DNA of 64,000 nucleotides from Dehalococcoidia bacterium (GCA_963668585.1 OY764869.1:1867106-1931105), one strand, 5' to 3'; shown: positions 17,608 to 28,503, counted from the first letter of the stretch. Notes: generated by a model not told the origin, from the letters alone. A program made the numbers and translations.

Positions 17608-18672
17608 ATGGATGTTGGAATGATGATGATCTTCTCCAGTTACGGCTGGGAAGAGGGCTCCGACGGCCAGATGTGGCAGGAGGAGTTGCGACTCGCGGAA
17701 ATCGCTGCCGATTCGGGATTTGATTGCCTCTGGTCGGCTGAGCACCATTTCAACGATTATTCCTTCGTGCCCGACAATCTCCAGTTGATGACGCACGTTG
17801 CGGCGAAGCATCCCGACATCGACGTGGGCACCGCTGCGGTCATCCTGCCCTGGCATAACCCGTTGCGGGTTGCCGAGAACGCCGCCGTGCTCGATTTGTT
17901 GAGCAACGGCCGGCTCCGCTTGGGGTTCGGGCGAGGCCTGGCGCGGCGGGAATTTGCAACCTTCGGGATCAGCATGGATGAGTCCCGGGAACGGTTCGAT
18001 GAGGCGGCGCCCATGATAGTCAACGCCCTGAATACCGGTTTCATCGAGGGCGACGGCACGCATTACAAGCAGGCCCGCACCGAGATACGGCCCCGGCCGC
18101 AGCATTCATTCGACGGGAGAATCTACGCGGTGGCTGCCAGCGATGATTCCGTTCTGTCTGCCGCGAAGCTTGGCGCGCACATCATCATGTTCGCCGACCG
18201 GCCGTGGGAGATGCGTATGCCGGGTATCGAACGCGGCAGGGCCCTGCACCGGGAGTTTCATGGCACCGAACCCCCGAACCTGATGTTGACCGAGTTCGTG
18301 ATTTGCGGCACCGACCTCGCGCAGTGCGAAGAGGAAGCCCGGCAGTACCAGGGGAAGTTTGTCGAGAGCAATTTTTATCACTATGAATTCCTGGGCGACC
18401 ACTTCGGGACGGTGAAGGGTTACGACGCCTATCAGCAGAAGGCCGAAATCGCCCGATCCACCGGCCTCGAAGGGGCGGTTGAAGGGTTCATGAAGGCGGC
18501 CAGTTGGGGCACGCCCGACAAGATCCTCAGGGGGTTGGAGGACCGGCGGGCGTTGCTCGGAGATTTTGAGTTGAACGTCGCCTTCCGTTTCGGAGGCACG
18601 CCGCCCGAGGTGGCCGAACGGGGCATCAAGCTCTTCGCCGAAGAGGTGTTGCCGGTACTGAAATCCTGGTAG
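17608..18672 (+). CDS. LLM class (luciferase-like) flavin-dependent oxidoreductase
   Basis: FDCLWSAEHHF and SNGRLRLGFGRG blocks. 354 aa. Confidence 0.9.
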   Translation: MDVGMMMIFSSYGWEEGSDGQMWQEELRLAEIAADSGFDCLWSAEHHFNDYSFVPDNLQLMTHVAAKHPDIDVGTAAVILPWHNPLRVAENAAVLDLLSNGRLRLGFGRGLARREFATFGISMDESRERFDEAAPMIVNALNTGFIEGDGTHYKQARTEIRPRPQHSFDGRIYAVAASDDSVLSAAKLGAHIIMFADRPWEMRMPGIERGRALHREFHGTEPPNLMLTEFVICGTDLAQCEEEARQYQGKFVESNFYHYEFLGDHFGTVKGYDAYQQKAEIARSTGLEGAVEGFMKAASWGTPDKILRGLEDRRALLGDFELNVAFRFGGTPPEVAERGIKLFAEEVLPVLKSW

Positions 18673-18749
18673 CGTCCACCGGCGGGAGGGATGGCAACGG
18701 CAGCGCAGTCTCCGACCGCGGTTTTGCCACAGCGGAGCCAGTCAACGAA

Positions 18750-18781
18750 CCGGGCCGCCGATGGGTGGCCCGGCGTTTTTT
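18750..18781 (+). terminator. Rho-independent terminator
   Basis: Stem CCGGGCCGC (18750-18758) / GTGGCCCGG (18765-18773) with one G.U pair, then TTTTTT at 18776-18781. Confidence 0.8.
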
Positions 18782-20561
18782 ACGCATTCGCCCAGGGGTT
18801 GCTACGGGCCATCTCCCTCACGCCCCTGGACGACGTGATGGGGGCCAGGCACCGGTCTCCCAAGCACGCGTAGAGGGCAGCCTCATGGCGCAGCGGGAAC
18901 CCCAACTCCTGGATCCGGCCGGCGTCGCGCTCCACATCCAACGGCTGGACGACGCGGTGAGGGGCATGGACTCCCAGGGCCGCGCGGTGCAGGCGACGAT
19001 AGTCAGCCCTGTTAGAATCGCCGACCAGCGTGAGACTCACCAGCCCGTTGGTCAGCGCGTCGCTGGCGCGACCCCACGCAGCGCCCGCCGGCAAGAACAG
19101 CGCTTCCTCGTCCTCTTCCATCGTTCTGGAGGCGTGAGCGCCCAGGTAGCTTTTCCCGGGAACCGCCGCCTCGAAGACTCGCAACGTGGCGGCGGCCCAT
19201 GCCGAGTATGTTTCGTCGCCGGTCAAATCGGCCAGAGCCAGGAGCGCTTCCGCCCAGCAACTGTTGTCCAAGACCGCAAGTTCACGGGTCAGGAACGCCG
19301 CCTCGAATGATCTGGGCGCGGTGGTGTCGTAGCAACCACCGTCGGGCGCGCCGAACGATTGCTGGACGGCTTGGGCCAACGCGACGGCGCGTTGCAGGAA
19401 GACGGGCTGACCGGTTGATTGATAGAGCGCCAGCCATGCCCGCAGGAAGTTCACCTGGTCAGCGAGCGTGAGCGTGGCGTCGCCGGACCCATCGGCGCGG
19501 TGACGCAATTCCCCGGCAGGGGTGGAACAATCCTGCCACAATCGAGACAGGATGCCGTTGGCCTTCCGCAGCAAATCCGGTCGGTTCAGCGAGTTGGACG
19601 CCTGGATCAACGCGTGGGCAGCCAGGGCATTCCACCCGGCATAGAAGGTGTGATCAACGGGCGGCGGCGAGGCAGCGTCCCGATCTTTCCACGGCATCTG
19701 ATAGTACGGTTCATCGGCGTCCTGACTGGCGAAAAACATCCCGGCGTCGGCACTGAACAGCGTTGACATAAGGTATTGCAAGGTGCCGTCAGCGGCCGAT
19801 TTGTAGGGTGTCTTGCGGGTGATCCGGAACGCTTCCAGGTAGGCCATGGCCAGGTTGGCGTTGCTGACCAGCATCTTTTCGTAGTGTGGCACCTTCCAGT
19901 CGCGGCTGACCGAATATCGGAAGAAACCGTGGTCCTTGCGGTCGTAGATCCCATGCCACATTCCCTGCAGGGTGGTCTCGACCATTTGCAGGATCGCGCG
20001 GTCTCCGGTGAAAGCGTAGCGGGAGCAGAGGAATTGCAGCGCCTCCCACGGGGGTTGCTTGGGTTCGAGTCCAAAACCGCCGAATTCCTCGTCGTAGAGA
20101 CCCGCCAGGCTATGGAACACCGCATCGACGGTCGCGCCGTCCTCCGGTTGGGTTTTCGGTGCGGTGGTGTCCGAACGTGCGGGGCGGGCCGGCGGGACGA
20201 ATTCCCCGCTGGACACCTGCGCCAGCAACGTCGCCATCTCGTCCGGGGGTGTGTAGGGCCGTCCGGCGAGAAATTCACCGTCGGCGGTCAGGAATGCGAC
20301 CGAAGGGAAACCACCCTGGTTGTATCGCAGCGATATGTCCGGCCGTTGGTCAACGTCCACGCGCACCGGGATGAATCGCGAGTTGACCAGTTCAATTACG
20401 CGTTCGTCCGAGTAGGACGTTTCGTCCATGACGTGGCACCAATGGCACCAGGTAGCGCCGAGGGTGAGCAACACCGGCTTGTCCTGAGACCGGGCGGCTT
20501 CGAAACTCTCCTCGCTCCATTCTCGCCAGGCAATGGGGCCGGCATTATTGGGTAGGGTCAT
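18780..20561 (-). CDS. Thioredoxin-domain protein of the DUF255/YyaL type (thioredoxin fold + six-hairpin glycosidase-like domain)
   Basis: N-terminal KPVLLTLGATWCHWCHVMD motif. The 593-aa length and alpha-rich C-terminal domain are typical of this family. Confidence 0.85.
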   Translation of the reverse strand: MTLPNNAGPIAWREWSEESFEAARSQDKPVLLTLGATWCHWCHVMDETSYSDERVIELVNSRFIPVRVDVDQRPDISLRYNQGGFPSVAFLTADGEFLAGRPYTPPDEMATLLAQVSSGEFVPPARPARSDTTAPKTQPEDGATVDAVFHSLAGLYDEEFGGFGLEPKQPPWEALQFLCSRYAFTGDRAILQMVETTLQGMWHGIYDRKDHGFFRYSVSRDWKVPHYEKMLVSNANLAMAYLEAFRITRKTPYKSAADGTLQYLMSTLFSADAGMFFASQDADEPYYQMPWKDRDAASPPPVDHTFYAGWNALAAHALIQASNSLNRPDLLRKANGILSRLWQDCSTPAGELRHRADGSGDATLTLADQVNFLRAWLALYQSTGQPVFLQRAVALAQAVQQSFGAPDGGCYDTTAPRSFEAAFLTRELAVLDNSCWAEALLALADLTGDETYSAWAAATLRVFEAAVPGKSYLGAHASRTMEEDEEALFLPAGAAWGRASDALTNGLVSLTLVGDSNRADYRRLHRAALGVHAPHRVVQPLDVERDAGRIQELGFPLRHEAALYACLGDRCLAPITSSRGVREMARSNPWANA

Positions 20562-20662
20562 TCAGAACCCCCTCGGGTTTCGTACGTGGTCGCTCACCGG
20601 CGGTTCACACGACCGGGCGGGTGGTTTGGGATATTTCAGAGGTGGAAGTGTCGGGGCTACGC

Positions 20663-21664
20663 TCAGATTCCCAGCAGCGCCTCGAGGTTTTTCCAGGAGA
20701 TTTTCTCCTTTTCCTCCTGAGACAGGCTCTGGAGCCCTTCCAGCCATCCTCCGGGGGATGGGTCCCAGCCTACAAAGGGCCAGTCGCTGCCGATGACAAC
20801 CCGGTCCGCACCCACGGCGTCGATCAGGAAACGCAAACCGGCTTCGCTGCTAGTGAGAAAATCGTAGTAAATCTGCTGTTGGTACGCGCTGGGCGGTTTG
20901 AGGATGTTCACGCGGGCTTCCGAGCGCACGTCCCATCCGTGGTCCATGCGTCCCATGGCGAAGCACGCGCCGCCGCCGCCGTGGGCGATGCACACCTTGA
21001 GATTGGGGCAATGGTCCAGGATGCCGCCGAATATCAGCGTGGCGACCACCAGCGCATCTTCTAGAACCACACCGACGCTGTTGGGGAGGCCGTACCGCAA
21101 AGTTCGTTCCACCGCCACGATGTTGTCCTGTGGCTGAGGATGGAAGAAAAGCATGGCCACCAGCGATTCGGCGGCCTTGAACAGCGGCAGAAAATGGGCT
21201 TCGTCCCAATTGTGTCCATTGGCTACGGTGTCCAACTCCGCGCCCCTGAGTCCGAGGACGTTGACCGCCCTTTCCAGTTCGGCGATGGAGGCGTCAACGT
21301 CCTGCACCGGCAGGGTGGCGAGCCCGGCGAACCGGTCCGGCCACTTCTGTGTCATGCCGGCTATTTCGTCGTTGACCTCTTGCGATGCTCGTATCGCCTC
21401 GCCCGGTTCCCAGTGGTAGGGGAACAGCGGGGTATGGATGGAAACCACCTGGACATCCGTGCCTTCGGCGTCCATATCGGCCAGGCGCTGTTCCGGCGTG
21501 TAGCGAATCTTTGGCGAATTGATCAGGATACGCTTTCCGTTGCCCACGATGAATTCGTGGTCGCCGTGGACCTCGTGCCGCATGCCGTGCCAGGATTCGC
21601 CGTTCTCGAAGGCGTTCCAGAGTATCTGGGGAGCGAGGTGGGCATGAACGTCGATGTGTCTCAC
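20663..21664 (-). CDS. Amidohydrolase family protein (amidohydrolase-2/ACMSD-like)
   Basis: MRHIDVHAHL metal-binding start, and internal CIAHGGG and GSDWPF motifs. GTG start with a GGAAGG RBS. Confidence 0.9.
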   Translation of the reverse strand: MRHIDVHAHLAPQILWNAFENGESWHGMRHEVHGDHEFIVGNGKRILINSPKIRYTPEQRLADMDAEGTDVQVVSIHTPLFPYHWEPGEAIRASQEVNDEIAGMTQKWPDRFAGLATLPVQDVDASIAELERAVNVLGLRGAELDTVANGHNWDEAHFLPLFKAAESLVAMLFFHPQPQDNIVAVERTLRYGLPNSVGVVLEDALVVATLIFGGILDHCPNLKVCIAHGGGGACFAMGRMDHGWDVRSEARVNILKPPSAYQQQIYYDFLTSSEAGLRFLIDAVGADRVVIGSDWPFVGWDPSPGGWLEGLQSLSQEEKEKISWKNLEALLGI

Positions 21665-21704
21665 GAATCACCTTCCGTAGTGTGGGGGTTGAACCGGGTG
21701 TGGG

Positions 21705-22700
21705 TCAGATCCCCAGCAGGTTCTCCAGGTTCTTCCACAGGATTGCGTCCTTCTCGTCTTGAGTGAGGCTGTCCATTCTCAGGATCCAGGAGACGGGCCA
21801 GTCCTGGGCCATATCGTAGGGCCAGTCGGTGCCGAACACCACCCGGTCGATTCCCACTGAGTCGATCAGGAAACGCAATGACTGTTCGGTGTACACGATG
21901 CAGTCGTAATAGAACCGGTTCAGGTACGCGCTGGGCGGCAGCGCTGACAGGCGATCCGCAGGGGGAGTCCTGTCCCAGCCGCGATCCATGCGTCCCGCTC
22001 CGTAACAGGCGAAACCGCCGCCGTGAGACAGGCAGATGCGCAGGTCAGGGCAGGCGTCCATCACTCCACCCATCGCCAGCGCAGCGAAGGTCAACGTCCG
22101 GTCGGCCAGGTTCCCAACGGAATTGGGCAGGTGGTAACGCTTGATCCTCTGGTCCACGATGGTGTCGCCGGACTGATGAAACAGGATGACCGCGCCCAAC
22201 TGCTCCGCCGCTTTCCAGAAGGGCATGAATTCCGGCTCGTCAAGAAGCTTGCCGTTGATCTTGTCATCGATCATCGCGCCCTTGAAACCCAGTTGAACCA
22301 TCACCCGTTCCAACTCTGAGATGGCGGCGGGCACGTCCTGCATCGGCAGCGTGGCGAGTCCGGCGAAGCGGTCAGGCCAAGATTGCATCATCTGGGAGAT
22401 TTCGTCGTTGCATTCGCGCGACGTCGCCATGGTCACGGCGGGGTCCATGTCGTAGTTGTAGAATCCCCCGAAAGGCGAAACGACATGAACGTCCACGCCG
22501 AGGGAGTCCATGTCAGCAAGCCGCTGCTCTGGAGTCCAACTGGATTTGGGAGGCAGTTGGCCGCGTCCGCCGCCGGACACCAGGATGGGGCGACCCATGG
22601 CGTCCTGCTCTCGCCGCAGCGTGTGCCAGTCGCCGCCCGATTCGGTTGCGCGCCAGAAACATTGGGGGGTCAGGTGTGCGTGAATGTCGATGCTGCGCAT
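21705..22700 (-). CDS. Amidohydrolase family protein (paralog of the gene at 20663-21664)
   Basis: MRSIDIHAHL, CLSHGGG and GTDWPY motifs. It is collinear with its neighbour. AGGAG RBS before ATG 22700. Confidence 0.9.
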   Translation of the reverse strand: MRSIDIHAHLTPQCFWRATESGGDWHTLRREQDAMGRPILVSGGGRGQLPPKSSWTPEQRLADMDSLGVDVHVVSPFGGFYNYDMDPAVTMATSRECNDEISQMMQSWPDRFAGLATLPMQDVPAAISELERVMVQLGFKGAMIDDKINGKLLDEPEFMPFWKAAEQLGAVILFHQSGDTIVDQRIKRYHLPNSVGNLADRTLTFAALAMGGVMDACPDLRICLSHGGGFACYGAGRMDRGWDRTPPADRLSALPPSAYLNRFYYDCIVYTEQSLRFLIDSVGIDRVVFGTDWPYDMAQDWPVSWILRMDSLTQDEKDAILWKNLENLLGI

Positions 22701-23008
22701 TTTAGTCTCCTGCCGGCCGGACATCACAGATCGGCCGGTCGAAAGAGTACCAGAACCTGAGCTTCAAGTCTTCGGCAATCGGCTACCCGTCCCCTGCAAC
22801 CGTGTGATGTTGCCTGCTCCGGGATTCCTTGATGGATCCGCGTTGCCAGAGGTCAACGATGTGGGCGGCCGGCGGCAAAGGAAAAGCGCCCGGCGTTCAC
22901 CGGGCGCAGATTCCGTTACTCGCCGCAAGGCGCATCGCCCCGGGCGGTTCGGCCCGGGAGCGCCAACGGCTGCGCTCGCAGGATCGACGAGCGCGGGTAA
23001 AGCGACGG

Positions 23009-23242
23009 TCAGTCTTCCTTGATGTCTTCTCCGGAATCCACACGGAAGCCCACGCCCACTTTGACCTGATACCAATTGGCGTGGTCTCCATCGATGGTTC
23101 CGCGGATTTCCCGCACTTCGAACCAGTCCAGGTTGCGGATGGACTGTGCCGCCCGGGAAATGGCGCCGTCAATTGCCTGCTGTACGCTTTCGCTGGAGGA
23201 TCCCACCAGCTCGACTACCTTGTAAGTGCTTCCAGTTGCCAT
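23009..23242 (-). CDS. Dodecin family flavin-binding protein
   Basis: 77 aa: MATGSTYKVVELVGSSSESVQQAIDGAISRAAQSIRNLDWFEVREIRG...YQVKVGVGF matches the dodecin pattern. Trimmed from the track start at 23329. Confidence 0.8.
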   Translation of the reverse strand: MATGSTYKVVELVGSSSESVQQAIDGAISRAAQSIRNLDWFEVREIRGTIDGDHANWYQVKVGVGFRVDSGEDIKED

Positions 23243-23676
23243 GTTCGCTCCAATGTTGTTATTTTCCTGGACCGCGCATCGTAAATGCAGTCCACCTTCT
23301 ATGATATGGCCCGCAACCGATTGGGGCAACAGGGAAAAGTTGCCGCGCGCGCCGAGTTTTGAACACTCACCACGATCAGGATGCGAGGTTTGCCAGGATT
23401 AAAAACCATCTGCGGTGGAGCGTCTTCAATTGTGCCAACCCGCAAATCCCTCAAGCCTTGACGCCGATGATTCATCGGTGCGAACCGGGTACGCGTGAAG
23501 GAAAGGGTTCGGGCAGGGAGGGCACGCCAATCGCCTCACTCCGGCGCCCCGATTGGCGGCGGGTGCAGCGGAGGTTGGTCCGTTTCCGTTACGGTTAGAT
23601 GTGGAGTCTGCTTGATAAACAGCCAGCCGGTGTTGATAATTTCCCGCACCCGGCGCAGTTGCCTGTGGAGAAAGTC

Positions 23677-24822
23677 ATGAACAAGAGTGAGTCGAGAATC
23701 CTGACCACCCACACCGGTAGCCTGCCCCGCCCTGCGGGGTTGGTTGAGATGCTCGCCGCGCTGGTTCGGGGCGATGCGGTTGATGAGACGGAGTTGGAAT
23801 CCGCCGGCCATGAGGCCACCGACGAGGTGGTGAAGGCGCAGTTGGCGGCTGGCGTTGATGTCATCAACAACGGCGAGCAGTCGCGCGTCAGCTTTTCCAC
23901 GTACGTCACCCAACGAGTGTCCGGGTTCGGGGGAGCATGGACCCGGCGGGGGCATCGGGACCAGAACGAATTCCCCCTCGTGGCCCGGCCTCGAGTGGTG
24001 CAGTTGATGAGGGACGTGCCCACCTGCGTCGGGCCGCTGGCATACGAACGGCTGGACCTCGTCGAGCAGGAATGCCGGCAACTTCGCGACGCGGTGGACT
24101 CCGCCGGAGGAGCGCCAGAAGAATTGTTCATGACGGCGGCGTCTCCGGGCATAGTCGCGCTGACCATGGCCAACCGGTTTTATCCCAGCCACGAAGACTA
24201 CGTGTACGCCCTGGCGGAAGAACTGCGCAAAGAATACGAGACCATCATAGGCAATGGCCTCATACTCCAACTGGACTGCCCTGACCTGGCGATGGAACGC
24301 CATGTGTCCTACCAGGACGAGTCGCTGGAGTCTTTTCGGGAACTGGTGGCCCTGCACATCCGGGCGATCAACCACGCCCTGTCCAATATCCCCCGCGCCA
24401 ACGTGAGGCTGCACGTCTGCTGGGGCAACAGCGAAGGCCCGCATCATTACGACGTGCCATTGGAGGATATTCTGGACCTGCTCTATGAGGCGAATGTCGG
24501 CGCCCTGGTGATGGAGATGGCGAACCCACGCCATGCTCACGAGCATCGCGTGTACCACCAACGGCCTTTGCCTGACGGGATGCTGCTTGTGGCCGGTGTG
24601 ATCGACACCAAAACGAACTACGTTGAGCACCCCCGTCTGGTGGCCGACCGACTGCATCAGGCAGTGGCCGCCGCAGGAGGGGACCCGACGCGAGTGTTGG
24701 CCGGGACCGACTGCGGATTCGATACCTCCGCAGGATCAAATCGGGTGGACGCCGGGATCGTGTGGTTGAAACTGCGATCCATGCGTGAGGGGGCGGAAAT
24801 CGCCAGCCGGGAGTTGTTCTAG
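23677..24822 (+). CDS. Cobalamin-independent methionine synthase II (MetE C-terminal-like) family protein
   Basis: N-terminal LTTHTGSLPRP motif and about 380-aa length. GGAG RBS before ATG 23677. Confidence 0.8.
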   Translation: MNKSESRILTTHTGSLPRPAGLVEMLAALVRGDAVDETELESAGHEATDEVVKAQLAAGVDVINNGEQSRVSFSTYVTQRVSGFGGAWTRRGHRDQNEFPLVARPRVVQLMRDVPTCVGPLAYERLDLVEQECRQLRDAVDSAGGAPEELFMTAASPGIVALTMANRFYPSHEDYVYALAEELRKEYETIIGNGLILQLDCPDLAMERHVSYQDESLESFRELVALHIRAINHALSNIPRANVRLHVCWGNSEGPHHYDVPLEDILDLLYEANVGALVMEMANPRHAHEHRVYHQRPLPDGMLLVAGVIDTKTNYVEHPRLVADRLHQAVAAAGGDPTRVLAGTDCGFDTSAGSNRVDAGIVWLKLRSMREGAEIASRELF

Positions 24823-25061
24823 CCGGGCACGCGAACGGTCCGTGTGGCGGCAGACTGGCTCGGCAACGAAAAAACGGTCGCCTTGCCGACGCCAACTCGT
24901 CATGCCGCATTGGTCGGATGCCGGGAATACCCGGGCGATGCGCGATTGTGCGGCGCCGGGATGTGCGATTTGCGCAACAGGCCAGCCCCTTTGGCGCACC
25001 GGGTCGGCCCGAAGTCGCCCGTGTTAGTATCGGGGCACTGCAATCCACCCGGGAGGAAGCA

Positions 25062-26078
25062 ATGGACATCAAAGGCGAAGACTGGCTGGCGCAGACCACC
25101 GAAGATACCCTGGAGCCTGAAATACCGATCTGTGATCCCCACCACCATTTCTGGGTTTCCCGCCCGGAACCGGCCGCCTACCAGCGATATCTGCTTCCTG
25201 AACTCACTTCGGACGTGAACAGTGGCCACAACGTGCGCTCAACGGTGTTCATAGAGGTGCGTTGCGAATACCGCCAGACCGGGCCCGAAGAGATGCGCCC
25301 GGTGGGCGAGGTGGAATACATCGAGACCATCGCGTCCGCCAGCGCCACCGGCGACCATGGCCCCACCAGGGCTGCCGCCGCCATCATCGGGCACGCCGAC
25401 CTGAAACTCGGCGCCGCCGCGCGCCCGGTCCTGGAAGCCATGCAGTCTGCCAGTCCCAACCGGTTCCGGGGCGTACGACACTCCACCGGATGGGATGAGA
25501 GCCCGGAACTGGCCAACCGTGATGTTCGCGGGGCTTTGTCCACATCCGGCTACCGGGACGGGGCCAAGGCGCTGTCCGACCTGGGGCTGATTCTGGAAAA
25601 TTCGTTATATTTCCCGCAGTTGTCCGAACTGGCTGATTTCGCCCGGGCCCTACCGGATTTGACCATCGTTCTGAATCATATCGGGGGACTGGTGCGCGTC
25701 GGTTCCTACGCCAATCGGGACGACGAGGTGTTGTCCGCGTGGAGAAGCGGCGTTGAAATGGTGGCCCAGTGTCCCAACATTGTCATGAAGTTGGGCGGTG
25801 TCGGACAACTGCGGTACGGGTACCACTGGGACGACCGGGACGTACCCATCGGGTCGGAGGAGTTGGCGGAAACCCTCGGGCCGCTGATGAATTTCTGCAT
25901 CGAGCAGTTTGGCCCGGAACGGTGCATGTTTGAAAGCAACTTCCCTGTGGACAAGCCGTCCTATTCGTACAACGTCCTGTACAACGCCTTCAAACGGTTG
26001 TCCTCGGGTTACTCGGCCAGCGAGCGGGCCGCGCTGTTCCACGATACCGCAGCCCGCGTATACCGGATAGACGCTTGA
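25062..26078 (+). CDS. Amidohydrolase family protein
   Basis: ICDPHHHFW metal-binding motif, with LNHIGG and FESNFPVDK blocks. GGGAGGA RBS before ATG 25062. Confidence 0.85.
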   Translation: MDIKGEDWLAQTTEDTLEPEIPICDPHHHFWVSRPEPAAYQRYLLPELTSDVNSGHNVRSTVFIEVRCEYRQTGPEEMRPVGEVEYIETIASASATGDHGPTRAAAAIIGHADLKLGAAARPVLEAMQSASPNRFRGVRHSTGWDESPELANRDVRGALSTSGYRDGAKALSDLGLILENSLYFPQLSELADFARALPDLTIVLNHIGGLVRVGSYANRDDEVLSAWRSGVEMVAQCPNIVMKLGGVGQLRYGYHWDDRDVPIGSEELAETLGPLMNFCIEQFGPERCMFESNFPVDKPSYSYNVLYNAFKRLSSGYSASERAALFHDTAARVYRIDA

Positions 26079-26281
26079 TTCCGGGATTCTCCCCCATCGG
26101 GCGTGGCTCCGTGCATCTGTGGCCAGGCATGATGATGTCGCGAAGTCGCCCACCATCCGACGGCTGATGTTCGCAACGACCACCCGAAATTGCGATTGAC
26201 ACGGGGCAATATGCGATCGAATCAAACTGCGGGGTTCAACAGCATAAACGTATAAACCGCTCCTGCGAGGAGGCGAGTGAA

Positions 26282-27166
26282 ATGAGCAATAAACAAATCT
26301 TGTGCGCGTTCGGCGTGGATCTGGATGCTGTGGGCGGCTGGCTGGGGTCATATGGGGGTGAGGACTCTCCCGACGACATATCCCGGGGCCTTTTTTCGGG
26401 AGAGGTGGGGACGCCCAGGCTTCTGAAGCTGTTCGAACGGTTGGACATCAAAACCAGTTGGTTCATTCCCGGGCATTCCATCGAAACTTTCCCGGACGAG
26501 TGCGCGATGATTGTGGAGCAGGGGCATGAAATCGGGCTGCACGGCTACTCTCATGAGAACCCCATCTCGATGACGCCCGAACAGGAAGAGGCGGTGCTGG
26601 TGCGCTGCATCGATTTGATCACCCAACTCTCCGGCAAGCGTCCCCGGGGTTATGTGGCACCGTGGTGGGAGTTCAGCCACGTGACCAACGAGTTGCTGCT
26701 GAAGCACGGCATCAAATACGACCACAGCCTGATGCACCGCGACTTCGAGTGTTACTACGTCCGGGTGGGCGACCGCTGGACCAAGATTGATTACGGGATG
26801 CCGGCGGATCACTGGATGCACGCGCTGCAGCGGGGCGAGGAAACCGACCTGGTGGAGATTCCGGCCAACTGGTACCTGGACGACCTGCCGCCCATGATGT
26901 TCATCAAGAAGTCGCCCAACAGCCACGGTTTCGTCAATCCCAGGGAAATCGAGTCGATGTGGCGCGACCAGTTCGATTGGGTGTATCGGGAATACGATGA
27001 GGCGATTTTCCCCATCACCATTCATCCGGACGTGAGCGGGAGACCGCAGGTGTTGCTCATGCTGGAACGTCTCACCGAATACATCCGCTCCCACGATGGC
27101 GTCCGGTTCGTTACCTTTGAGGAAATAGCGGACGATTTCCTGGCCAGGCATCCCAGGCAGAAATAA
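26282..27166 (+). CDS. Polysaccharide deacetylase family protein (PuuE/allantoinase-like subgroup possible)
   Basis: 294 aa with [11 protein letters not shown] and [10 protein letters not shown] motifs of the NodB-type fold. GAGGAGG RBS upstream. Confidence 0.8.
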   Translation: MSNKQILCAFGVDLDAVGGWLGSYGGEDSPDDISRGLFSGEVGTPRLLKLFERLDIKTSWFIPGHSIETFPDECAMIVEQGHEIGLHGYSHENPISMTPEQEEAVLVRCIDLITQLSGKRPRGYVAPWWEFSHVTNELLLKHGIKYDHSLMHRDFECYYVRVGDRWTKIDYGMPADHWMHALQRGEETDLVEIPANWYLDDLPPMMFIKKSPNSHGFVNPREIESMWRDQFDWVYREYDEAIFPITIHPDVSGRPQVLLMLERLTEYIRSHDGVRFVTFEEIADDFLARHPRQK

Positions 27167-27391
27167 GCGCCAACGCGGCCCAGGCCGCGCGCCGGGCGGA
27201 ACGAAATACGACAGGGGCCCAGTGGCGGTGGGCAATCATGGTATGCTATTTCGCGCTCGGTACGACGCGTTTCCGCCGTGCCCGGCACAAACCGGAAAGC
27301 GTCCGGTTTCGCGGTAGCCTGCTAAACGGCTGAAATGCCTGAAGGGCCTGGCACAAATATCCATTCGAGCGTAAAACTTGGAGCGTCAACA

Positions 27392-28417
27392 ATGAAATTC
27401 GGCATCATGGCAATGCCCCAGCATCCCTCTACAGATTCCGCCACCCAGCGATTCCACGAAACGGTCGAGTTGACCAAGCTGGCGCGAGACGCCGGATTCG
27501 GCTCCATTGCCTGCGGACAGCATTTCCTGTCGCCGCCGTACCAAAACCTGCAGAGCATCCCGTTGCTGGCGCGCCTGGCCGCCGACTCCGGCGACATGCA
27601 ACTCATCCTGTCCATTCTGCTGCTTCCCTTGTACTCTCCCGCCGACGTCGCCGAAACGGTGGCGACCCTGGACGTGATCAGCGGCGGCCGCGTGGTGCTT
27701 GGCGTGGGACTCGGTTATCGCGACATTGAGTACCAGGCGTTCAACGTCGAACGGCGCCACCGGGTGGGCCGCTTCATGGAGTCTCTGGAACTGGTGCAGC
27801 GGTTGTGGACTGAGGACGAGGTGACTTTCCACGGCAAGCATTTCAACCTGGACAACGCCACCTGCGCCATCCGGCCGGTCCAGGAACCCCATCCGCCCAT
27901 TTGGGTGGCCGCGAATTTCGATACGGTGGTGCGCCGGGCCGGAGAACTGGGCCTGCCGTGGTTCGTCAACCCCCACGCCACCCTGGAAACCCTGGAACGC
28001 CAGACCGCCATTTACCAGGCGGGTCTGGATGCCGGCGGCAAGGAGATGCCCCCGGAAATGCCCATCATCAAGGAGATGCACATCGCGCCCACCCACGAGG
28101 AAGCGATCCGAAACGCACAGCCGTACATGGAAGCCAAGTATCAGGCTTACGCCGATTGGGGACAGGACAAAGCGCTGCCCGGCGATGAGGACTTCCGCAT
28201 ACCCTTTGAGGAACTGGCGCGGGATCGTTTCATCCTCGGCAGCAGCGAAGAAGTGATACAGCAGATTGAAGACCACCACCAGCGCGTGGGAGCGAACCAC
28301 TTCATGTTCCGGATCTGGTACCCAGGGATGGATGTGCGCACGGCCATGCGCGTGGTGGAGCAGATGGGCGACACCGTCATCCCCTACTTTGAACAGCGGT
28401 ACGGGGACGATGCCTGA
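27392..28417 (+). CDS. LLM class flavin-dependent oxidoreductase
   Basis: MKFGIMAMPQ start and SGGRVVLGVGLGYR block. GGAG RBS. Trimmed from the track start at 27335. Confidence 0.9.
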   Translation: MKFGIMAMPQHPSTDSATQRFHETVELTKLARDAGFGSIACGQHFLSPPYQNLQSIPLLARLAADSGDMQLILSILLLPLYSPADVAETVATLDVISGGRVVLGVGLGYRDIEYQAFNVERRHRVGRFMESLELVQRLWTEDEVTFHGKHFNLDNATCAIRPVQEPHPPIWVAANFDTVVRRAGELGLPWFVNPHATLETLERQTAIYQAGLDAGGKEMPPEMPIIKEMHIAPTHEEAIRNAQPYMEAKYQAYADWGQDKALPGDEDFRIPFEELARDRFILGSSEEVIQQIEDHHQRVGANHFMFRIWYPGMDVRTAMRVVEQMGDTVIPYFEQRYGDDA

Positions 28418-28464
28418 TACGTGCCCCGGGCCCACTTCGATCACCGACCGCCGACCCCATCCAC

Positions 28465-28503
28465 CCGCTCAGGACGATCCTGCGATGGGCTCAAGATGAG
28501 CGG
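28465..28503 (+). repeat. Solo, variant copy (E) of the repeat-element hairpin core
   Basis: CCGCTCA...GGGCTCAAGATGAGCGG shares the GGCTCA-GATGAGCGG right half and the CCGCTC left end with the cores at 269-301 and 31901-31931. It lacks the flanking TIR arms. Confidence 0.4.

Noticed and set aside
23243-23676. A cobalamin or SAM riboswitch in the 430-nt divergent region upstream of the MetE-like gene (GGTGCGAACCGGG at about 23477 resembles part of the B12 element core).
   Set aside because: There is no B12 box (GCCACTG-like), no preceding AGGGAA element, and no SAM-I/II-like helices. The resemblance is limited to about 10 nt.
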